A stretch of DNA of 64,000 nt from Bacteroidales bacterium (lineage in GTDB: Bacteria; Bacteroidota; Bacteroidia; Bacteroidales; UBA12077): contig JANQHR010000020.1 in the NCBI GenBank assembly GCA_028282585.1, forward strand, positions 32,001 through 96,000, written 5' to 3'. Under the pieces are notes generated by a model. That model searched no databases and was not told where the DNA came from. It saw only the letters and a list, made by a program, of their open reading frames with translations. Both the position numbers and the translations under genes were made by a program. This document shows positions 20,216-28,002 of the stretch, piece by piece. Position 1 is the stretch's first letter; every line of letters begins with the position of its first letter.

Positions 20216-21580
20216 ATGTTTAATGGTAAAATACTCGTTATAGATGATGATAGAGATATTTTGTTATCAACCAAGGTAGTCTTAAAAAAAGACTTTTCGG
20301 AAATCAAAGCTTTATCAATTCCAGAAGACGTAATTCCTTATATTGAAAAGAGGGTTTTCGATGTAATAATCCTTGATATGAATTTTACTACAGGTGCTAC
20401 CAGTGGTAAAGAAGGTTTAGCATGGTTAAAAAGAATTCTACAAATAGATCCGGATGCTACGGTAATAATGATGACAGCATACGGAGATATCGATCTTGCC
20501 ATTGAATCTATGAAAATTGGTGCTGTAGATTTCGTAGTAAAACCCTGGGACAATAAAAAGCTTTTAGCAACTATTATATCTGCATATAACTTAAGTAAGT
20601 CCAAGCAGGAAATAATTCAATTGAAAAATAAACAACAAACATTAGTTCAGGACATAGACCAATCATATTCGGAAATAATAGGGCAATCAAAAAAAATACA
20701 GGAACTTTTTGGTATAATTAATAAGGTTGCTAGAACTGATGCTAACATACTTATTCTTGGAGAAAATGGAACAGGTAAGGAATTAATTGCAAGAGCTATA
20801 CATCGTCAATCAGAAAGAGCAAATAAATTATTTATAAATGTAGATTTAGGTGCCATTCAGGAGAATTTGTTTGAATCAGAGCTATTTGGCCATATCAAAG
20901 GTTCATTTACCGATGCCAAAGAAGACAGGGCGGGACGATTTGAAGTGGCTCATGAAGGCACCTTATTTTTGGATGAGATAGGAAACCTTTCTATGTCGCT
21001 TCAGTCAAAACTATTAACTGCTATTCAAAAAAAGGAAGTTACACGAGTAGGTTCAAATAAATCAGTTCCTGTTGATATAAGATTAATTTGTGCTACTAAT
21101 ATGCCATTAAAAGAAATGGTCGATAATAATACATTCAGGCAAGATCTTTACTTCAGAGTTAATACCGTTGAAGTTCACATACCTCCATTAAGAGATAGAT
21201 TAGAAGATATACCATTAATTTCATATCATTTCCTGGATATATATAGAAAAAAGTATAAAAAAAATGAAATGAAAATAAGCAGTGAAGCGATAAAAAAACT
21301 TAAAAAATACAGCTGGCCAGGCAATATTAGAGAGTTACAACATATTATTGAAAGAACAGTTATTATGAGTAATGGTAATATATTAAACGCGTCGGATTTT
21401 GTACTAAATATTACCGAAAGGTCATCATTAAATAAGAACATATTAAATTTAGAAGAAGTGGAAAAACAAACCATAGAAAAAGCGTTAAAAAAACACAATT
21501 ATAACGTTAGTGCGGCAGCTAAAGATTTGGGATTGGGAAGAACAACAATGTATCGTAAAATGACAAAATATGGTTTTTAA
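20216..21580 (+). CDS. Sigma-54-dependent response regulator (NtrC family, REC-AAA-Fis HTH)
   Basis: REC domain, GENGTGKE, ESELFGH, GSFTDA (GAFTGA loop variant), FLDEIG, WPGNIREL and a C-terminal HTH. Confidence 0.95.
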   Translation: MFNGKILVIDDDRDILLSTKVVLKKDFSEIKALSIPEDVIPYIEKRVFDVIILDMNFTTGATSGKEGLAWLKRILQIDPDATVIMMTAYGDIDLAIESMKIGAVDFVVKPWDNKKLLATIISAYNLSKSKQEIIQLKNKQQTLVQDIDQSYSEIIGQSKKIQELFGIINKVARTDANILILGENGTGKELIARAIHRQSERANKLFINVDLGAIQENLFESELFGHIKGSFTDAKEDRAGRFEVAHEGTLFLDEIGNLSMSLQSKLLTAIQKKEVTRVGSNKSVPVDIRLICATNMPLKEMVDNNTFRQDLYFRVNTVEVHIPPLRDRLEDIPLISYHFLDIYRKKYKKNEMKISSEAIKKLKKYSWPGNIRELQHIIERTVIMSNGNILNASDFVLNITERSSLNKNILNLEEVEKQTIEKALKKHNYNVSAAAKDLGLGRTTMYRKMTKYGF

Positions 21581-22925
21581 AAATTTCAGGATTGGAGTTA
21601 TATTAAGAGTTTCTTTACTAGGCATATCTATTTTTATTTCGATATATGCTTCATATCAAAACGAATGGTATTTGACCACAACAGTTTCTTCTTTTTTTTC
21701 ACTAGTATTTTTAATTGGAATTATTCGTTATGCTGAAAAGTATAAAAAAAGCTTAAGTGAGTTCTTAATTTCAATTAAATCAAGGGATTTTATTAGTTCT
21801 ACAAATATCTTACCAGATAAAAGTACTCAAGATAAATTAAAGGAGGCTTATCACGTTATCTTAGATGAATTCAAGAATATTCGAATTGATAAAGAGATTC
21901 AATATCATTATTTAAAAACCATTTTTGAACATATCAAAACAGCTCTTCTAAGTTTTAACCAAGATGGTAAAATTGAATTTATAAACAAAACAGCCGCTGA
22001 ATTATTCAATTTAAAAGCAAATCAGGAAATAGATAAAATTAAAAAAATTAACATTACTCTTTATAACACAATCTTAAAGCTCAATTCAGGTGAAAGTGAA
22101 CTTATTAAACTAAAACTTAATGAAGAGTTACTTCATCTGTCAATTTTTGCCTCAGAACTTAAAATACAAAATAAAACCGTTAAGTTAATTTCATTTCAAA
22201 ATATAAAACATCAATTGGAGTACCAAGAATTGGAATCATGGCAAAAACTAATTCGTGTTTTAACACATGAAATTATGAACTCTGTTACTCCAATATCTTC
22301 ATTAAGCAGTGCAATAAACGAATCTTTAGGAAATTTGAATAAAAATCAAGCTGAAATAGCCAATATCTCGGATGACGATTTTGAAGATATGATCTCAAGT
22401 TTAAAAACAATAGAAACCAGGAGTAAAGGATTGTTAAAATTTGTTTCATCCTATAAACAACTAACACGAATTCCAAAACCTGATTTTAAACAAGTAAACC
22501 TTTTTGAGTTAGTTAATCATTCAAAAACACTGTTGAAACAAAAACTAAAAGATATAAACATAAACCTTAAAATCACTTCAGATCAAAAAGAAGTGATTTG
22601 TTTTATAGATTATGACCAAATAGAACAGGTAATTATTAATTTATTGATAAATGCAATTGACGCTGTTAGTGAAAAAGAAAAGCCAGAAATTAAAGTGAAC
22701 ATATCGCAAGATCAATTTAACAAGAGTAAAATAACTATTTTTGACAATGGCAAAGGAATTGAAAATGAAGATATTGATAAAATATTTATTCCATTTTACA
22801 CCACAAAAAAGGAAGGGTCTGGAATTGGTCTAAGCTTATCCAGACAAATCATGAGATTGCATAAGGGAACTATCCAAGTTAATTCTGTTATTAACAAAGG
22901 GACAGAATTTATTTTAGAATTTTAA
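21570..22925 (+). CDS. Sensor histidine kinase (NtrY-like), cognate of the upstream regulator
   Basis: Two TM helices, LTHEIMNS, NLLINA, DNGKG, PFYTTK and GSGIGL; overlaps the regulator stop. Confidence 0.92.
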   Translation: MVFKNFRIGVILRVSLLGISIFISIYASYQNEWYLTTTVSSFFSLVFLIGIIRYAEKYKKSLSEFLISIKSRDFISSTNILPDKSTQDKLKEAYHVILDEFKNIRIDKEIQYHYLKTIFEHIKTALLSFNQDGKIEFINKTAAELFNLKANQEIDKIKKINITLYNTILKLNSGESELIKLKLNEELLHLSIFASELKIQNKTVKLISFQNIKHQLEYQELESWQKLIRVLTHEIMNSVTPISSLSSAINESLGNLNKNQAEIANISDDDFEDMISSLKTIETRSKGLLKFVSSYKQLTRIPKPDFKQVNLFELVNHSKTLLKQKLKDININLKITSDQKEVICFIDYDQIEQVIINLLINAIDAVSEKEKPEIKVNISQDQFNKSKITIFDNGKGIENEDIDKIFIPFYTTKKEGSGIGLSLSRQIMRLHKGTIQVNSVINKGTEFILEF

Positions 22926-22941
22926 ATTTGCAGAAAAAAGT

Positions 22942-23325
22942 ATGGCGTTATCATTAGAAGATCAAGAATTAGATAAATTTATTATGGTGGGTGATCGTGT
23001 TTTAATAAAACCTAAAACACCTCAAGGAAAGACAAAATCTGGATTATACTTACCGCCAGGAGTTCAGGAAAAAGAAAAAATTCATAGTGGTTATGTTTTG
23101 AAGGTTGGTCCTGGTTATCCTATACCGGCAATAAATGAAGTTGATGAACCATGGAAAGATAAAAGCAACGAAGTAAAATACGTACCATTACAACCAAACG
23201 AAGGCGACTTAGCAGTATATTTACAAAACAGCGCATGGGAAATTGAGTTTAAAAATGAAAAATATGTAATTGTTCCGAATAATGCGATTTTAATGCTTAT
23301 TAGAGATAATGGGCTTTTTGAATAG
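22942..23325 (+). CDS. GroES/Cpn10-family protein, stand-alone paralogue
   Basis: GDRVLIKP, KTKSGLYLP and VLKVGPG; no groEL adjacent; TAAATTTG at 22923-22930. Confidence 0.85.
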   Translation: MALSLEDQELDKFIMVGDRVLIKPKTPQGKTKSGLYLPPGVQEKEKIHSGYVLKVGPGYPIPAINEVDEPWKDKSNEVKYVPLQPNEGDLAVYLQNSAWEIEFKNEKYVIVPNNAILMLIRDNGLFE

Positions 23326-23372
23326 AAATTTAAAACATAAAAACTCTAACGGGGTTAATATTAATTAGTTTT

Positions 23373-24791
23373 TTACCAAAACTTAATTTTTCCTGCTGCA
23401 TACCAACACATGCGTAATAACAAAAATCCATGTCGAAAACGTGAAATATTTGTATCACCATAGGTTCTCTCTCTATAACGGATTGGCAAATCAATAATCT
23501 TTAAGTTTAATTTGTAAGCACCAAAGAGTAAATCATAGTCCCCAAAAGGATCAAACTCACCAAAGAATTTTCTATTTGCTTGTAAACGAATATAATCATC
23601 ACGAAACATCACTTTTGTTCCGCATAAAGTATCTTTTATTGGTTGTTCCAATAACCAGCTAAATAACCAACTGAAAAATTTATTCCCCACCGTATTAAAA
23701 AAACGCATAGCTTCTTTTTCCATCGGATATACCAGACGCGAACCATTTATAAACTCGCCCTTTCCTGATGTAATCGCTTCATAAAACTTTGGGATATCTT
23801 CCGGTGGTACAGTTAAATCTGCATCAAGTATCATTAAAATGTCTCCTGTTGCCATTGAATAACCCTTTCGAACCGCATCACCTTTACCTTTTCCATCTTG
23901 CTGGGCAATTTTTATATCATGCGTATCTTTATATTTCTCTTGAACTTTTTGAATCGTATCCCACGTATCATCTGTAGAATTACCTTCAACATAAATGATT
24001 TCGATGTGCTTTCCAAATTTAGGTAATCTCTTTATTGCATCTTCAATATTGCCACTTTCATTTCGTGCTGGGATAACAATTGTTGTAGAATATTCTTCTC
24101 TTCTATTTTCTTTTTGATGAAAAATTGGACGCGCATTTATAAATCTACTAACACACAATGAATTAAAAAGAGGTAATCGTGCTATATATCGATTGAATAA
24201 ATAAGATAACACCGGAATATTTATCGGTAACAAAAATCGATTTGTAGCTCTAAATGATTCAAAATCGCTTAAATAAAGTATGTTTTCTATATCCTTTTTG
24301 GTTAACCAACTCTGTTTAGGGCTTTTCTTTTTTAACCGTAAAAATTCACCTAACTTTAAAAAAGGCTCCCATAAAAAATTATAATATGAGATTAGAATTC
24401 GAGTATGGGGAAAACAAATATTCTTAATACTTTCAAAAACTTCAGTTAAATTATCGAAGTATCCAATTACTCCAGACAATATAATAACATCAAATTTTCT
24501 ATTTAATTGAATATCCTCTGCATCCTGTATATAAAACTCTAGTTCAGGAAATAAAGTTTTCGCCTCACTAATCATTTTCTCACTAAAATCTATCCCAACC
24601 TTAGTATCTCCTTTTAATCTGGATAACAAGGCTCCATTACCACAGCCTATTTCCAATATTGAATTATCTTTATTTAAATAAAAATTAAAATATTTTGAAA
24701 TATCATTATAGTAGTATTTAAATTTTCCCTGATATTTTAGATACCCTTGAGCAATTGAGTCGAAATACATTTTAATATTATCTTTTCTCAT
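23373..24791 (-). CDS. Class I SAM-methyltransferase-like domain fused to a GT2 (polyprenyl-phosphate glycosyltransferase-like) domain
   Basis: LEIGCGNG in the N-domain; IPARNE, GNSTDDT, GKGDAV, ILDADL and DTLCGTK in the C-domain. Confidence 0.88.
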   Translation of the reverse strand: MRKDNIKMYFDSIAQGYLKYQGKFKYYYNDISKYFNFYLNKDNSILEIGCGNGALLSRLKGDTKVGIDFSEKMISEAKTLFPELEFYIQDAEDIQLNRKFDVIILSGVIGYFDNLTEVFESIKNICFPHTRILISYYNFLWEPFLKLGEFLRLKKKSPKQSWLTKKDIENILYLSDFESFRATNRFLLPINIPVLSYLFNRYIARLPLFNSLCVSRFINARPIFHQKENRREEYSTTIVIPARNESGNIEDAIKRLPKFGKHIEIIYVEGNSTDDTWDTIQKVQEKYKDTHDIKIAQQDGKGKGDAVRKGYSMATGDILMILDADLTVPPEDIPKFYEAITSGKGEFINGSRLVYPMEKEAMRFFNTVGNKFFSWLFSWLLEQPIKDTLCGTKVMFRDDYIRLQANRKFFGEFDPFGDYDLLFGAYKLNLKIIDLPIRYRERTYGDTNISRFRHGFLLLRMCWYAAGKIKFW

Positions 24792-24798
24792 AACCTAT

Positions 24799-25548
24799 CT
24801 AACCTTCATCTTTTTCCACTATAATTGTTGCAAACATAGCTAAATTATTTTTTAACAATGGGGTTTGTTTTTCAAAAAAACGAACAATTCTGATCATAAA
24901 ATCAGGTAAAAAAGCCTTTCTTGAAAATCCACCGGTTAATAAATAAGTAAAAGGCGTATGCAAATCCAGCCTTTTAAGTTTTAGCTTTGGGAAACCTTCT
25001 TGAAACCGATTTAAATCTCTGCAAAAGATAATATATGGTAATGCCATATTTGATCCGCTTAAAGGACCATTAGTTGGAAATGACCAGTCTCGATTTAAAT
25101 CAAAAAGCTCATGGTGGAACCTTTTATAAATAAATTTCGACCAACTTGTATTCCAAGGCTCAATTGCAACTATTTTCCCACCATTTTTTAAAATCCTTTG
25201 TGCTTCATGAAAAAACTTTTCAACCTCCGGAAAGTGATGTAGAGCATCAATCATAAATATACCCGAAACTGAATTATTCTCAAATGGCATATTTGATGCG
25301 GAAAAATATTGATCTACTCCAGGTATTCTGTTTATATCAGAAGTAATAACCCGTGGAATAACATTCTTAATAAATCCTCCACCAGATCCTAACTCAAGGT
25401 AAAGAGAATTTTCCTGTATATATTGCTTAAAAATCTCATACCATTCCTGATATAATTCTTTTAAACTTTTCTTTTCCATAAGAATCTTTCGATGTTCCAG
25501 GCTTCTTTTTGGATCATCTAGACTATACTCAAATCGATAAGTTCTCAT
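24799..25548 (-). CDS. Class I SAM-dependent methyltransferase
   Basis: LELGSGGG, MPF..NSV, LHHF and RILKNGG. Confidence 0.85.
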   Translation of the reverse strand: MRTYRFEYSLDDPKRSLEHRKILMEKKSLKELYQEWYEIFKQYIQENSLYLELGSGGGFIKNVIPRVITSDINRIPGVDQYFSASNMPFENNSVSGIFMIDALHHFPEVEKFFHEAQRILKNGGKIVAIEPWNTSWSKFIYKRFHHELFDLNRDWSFPTNGPLSGSNMALPYIIFCRDLNRFQEGFPKLKLKRLDLHTPFTYLLTGGFSRKAFLPDFMIRIVRFFEKQTPLLKNNLAMFATIIVEKDEG

Positions 25549-27206
25549 TAATAGATAATCTCAAATAAATACGCTTTTTCGTCAGCACCTATTGTCTGAA
25601 TATGCTTAATTTTTTGTGGGTATTTCTTCTGTATATAATATAAATATCTTTGAACTGTATTAATTGTATACTCAGTTTTTTGTTTGGGATATTTTCTAAG
25701 GCTTCCCATTATAACATACTTAACATTTTTTTCCTTCAATGCATTTAATAATTCATCAGGATCTTCAGTTTCAATTCTGTAAATTCCATAAAATTTACGT
25801 TTTGCATAAATAAAAGAAATACTTGGTTTTCTGCATGCAATTAAAATATCTTCAGAAATATTTTTTGCAGCCCATTGGCTCATTTTTATGTAATTTATCC
25901 AATCAGGTGTCATACCGTAAAACTCATTTCCAGCTAATGATTGCATTAAGTATTCATCATTTGCTTGTACTTTTTTTGTTAATACATTCAAATTTGTAAA
26001 AAACATAATGATAAAAAGAACGGGTAATAAAAATTGAATAATCTTGTACGACTTTTGCTTACCTAAGTAATATAGGCCTGAAAATAAGAACAACAAAATT
26101 AATGGTAAATAAACTAAAATTAGGCGATCTTGATCCCAAAGAGTTTGGACTATAATGAAAGTAATTCCTATTAAAACTACTAAATATATTCCGGTAAATA
26201 ACAAGAACTTATTTTTCTTGAAAGCATAATAAATTGCTATAATAAATAATACATAAATTATTAATGTTAAAATTGTCTTAGGTTCTAAAATCTCGGGACG
26301 AAAACCGAGAAATTTATAAATATGCTTTGAAAAATAAAGATTGGAATTTTCCAAAAACCTTTCTATAAACCCACCAAAATCTTCTTTGCCTTTTGAAACA
26401 TTAAAAGGATCCACCCGCATTAATGTATCTAATTGAGATGAAAATTGAGGTGCTTTAATTTGAAATATGATATTTTTAATTGTGGAAAACAGTCCAAATT
26501 CCAAAGCAAATGCTCCTGTTGTGAATAAAGCACTTTTCCATCGTAAGGTTACTAAAAAAAATAAAATTACTGCTATAAAGGCACCATAACCAATGCTGCG
26601 TGTTAATCCAAGAAATAAAAGAAACATAGCTAAAATAAGGTATCTACCCCATGCCTCTTTTATACCAAAATCCTTTTCTTTTGAAACAAACTCCTTGAAA
26701 AAATAGAAAAAGAAAAATGCCTGTAAAAATAAATAAAAAGCCTCTGAATAAGTTTGGCTGGAATAATAAAGGACATAAGCGTTAAAAGAAATAATAATCA
26801 TAACATATATCAGTAAAAATCCCGAAACACGTCCTTTAAATGCCTTGTAAAAAAAGTATAACTGAAAAATAATTGAAATTAATGATAACGATTTTAATAA
26901 AGTAATATTTAATCCAAAAATCCAAATAAAAACACTTAAAACCATTGGGTAAAGAGGCCCTTGAAATGAAGGAAACTTAAATTCCTTTAATAAATCATAG
27001 GCTCTTAAGATATATGCTGAGTCATCTCCTGCCTCACTTACTCTGAAATTGAATAGCAAAAAAGAAAAAAGAAGTGTAAAAAATAAAGATATCCAGAAAA
27101 ATATATTTCCATGTTTATCAAAGAACTTATCTGCTTTCTCAAAGAAACCTTTAGATTTTGATTCTACGCTTTGTTTGGCTTTTAATTTTTGTTTGTGTTT
27201 TGACAT
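25548..27206 (-). CDS. GT-C fold membrane glycosyltransferase (ArnT/PMT-like)
   Basis: About 11 TM helices, GDDSAY in the first loop, GPLYP, YSE, LTR and QDRLILVYLP. Confidence 0.7.
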   Translation of the reverse strand: MSKHKQKLKAKQSVESKSKGFFEKADKFFDKHGNIFFWISLFFTLLFSFLLFNFRVSEAGDDSAYILRAYDLLKEFKFPSFQGPLYPMVLSVFIWIFGLNITLLKSLSLISIIFQLYFFYKAFKGRVSGFLLIYVMIIISFNAYVLYYSSQTYSEAFYLFLQAFFFFYFFKEFVSKEKDFGIKEAWGRYLILAMFLLFLGLTRSIGYGAFIAVILFFLVTLRWKSALFTTGAFALEFGLFSTIKNIIFQIKAPQFSSQLDTLMRVDPFNVSKGKEDFGGFIERFLENSNLYFSKHIYKFLGFRPEILEPKTILTLIIYVLFIIAIYYAFKKNKFLLFTGIYLVVLIGITFIIVQTLWDQDRLILVYLPLILLFLFSGLYYLGKQKSYKIIQFLLPVLFIIMFFTNLNVLTKKVQANDEYLMQSLAGNEFYGMTPDWINYIKMSQWAAKNISEDILIACRKPSISFIYAKRKFYGIYRIETEDPDELLNALKEKNVKYVIMGSLRKYPKQKTEYTINTVQRYLYYIQKKYPQKIKHIQTIGADEKAYLFEIIY

Positions 27207-27305
27207 AATTTCTCTTTCCGGATTAATATTTTATAGTCTTTATCTACCTACACAAATGTAAAAAATAAATCCAAAAAGAATTAGTAATCTTAATAAGGTA
27301 AGAAC

Positions 27306-27330
27306 AAAAAAGCGGGACTTTACCCGCTTT
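27306..27330 (-). terminator. Intrinsic terminator after hsp20
   Basis: AAAGCGGG/CCCGCTTT stem with a T6 tract on the minus strand. Confidence 0.85.
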
Positions 27331-27334
27331 AGCA

Positions 27335-27766
27335 TCAAGAAATTTTAATTTCTCTTGTTAGTTTTTCTTTTGCCTCTTCTTTTTTAGGAATCTCTATTGT
27401 AAGAATTCCATCTTTATGATTTGCTTTAATTTTACCCTGATCTACACTATCCGGTAAACTGAATGATCTTTGGAATGAACTGTAGCTAAACTCTCTTCTA
27501 ATGTATTTTTCTTTTTCATCCATATGTTTTGCTTTCTTCTCAGATGAAATAGTTAATACTCTATTATTTAAATCAATTTTAAAATCCCTCTTTTCCAATC
27601 CAGGAGCAGCAACTTCAATCATAAACTCATCAGTATTTTCTAATACATTTACTTCTGGAATCGTCTTGTTTACAGAAGAATCAAAAAAGTCAGATAAAAG
27701 ATCCTTTCCAAAAAAATCGTCAGTAAAGCTTGGCAAAAATCTACGGTTTCTTAACATTGGTATCAT
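27335..27766 (-). CDS. Hsp20/alpha-crystallin small heat-shock protein
   Basis: PEVNVLE, VAAPG, RREFSYSSFQRSFSLP and DGILTIEIPK. Confidence 0.95.
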   Translation of the reverse strand: MIPMLRNRRFLPSFTDDFFGKDLLSDFFDSSVNKTIPEVNVLENTDEFMIEVAAPGLEKRDFKIDLNNRVLTISSEKKAKHMDEKEKYIRREFSYSSFQRSFSLPDSVDQGKIKANHKDGILTIEIPKKEEAKEKLTREIKIS

Positions 27767-27821
27767 CGTTTAGTCCTCCTATAATTTTAATAAAACATCA
27801 ATTAAATTCACGCTTACTATT

Positions 27822-27836
27822 TCAACTTTTGTACCA
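27822..27836 (-). promoter_or_regulatory. Putative sigma-54 promoter for hsp20
   Basis: TGGTAC-AAAAG-TTGA on the minus strand, 55 nt before the ATG. Confidence 0.55.
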
Positions 27837-28002
27837 TTCAATAATTAAGAAAATTTGTCAGTTAAATACCAGTAAAACAAGACTTTATGTCTCATTTGCA
27901 ACATTAAACCCTGTCATTATTTCAGATTTTTACTGTAAGTTTATATAATAGAATATGATTTACCTTATCTTTTGTATTTTTACTTTATTAAAATCAACTA
28001 AA

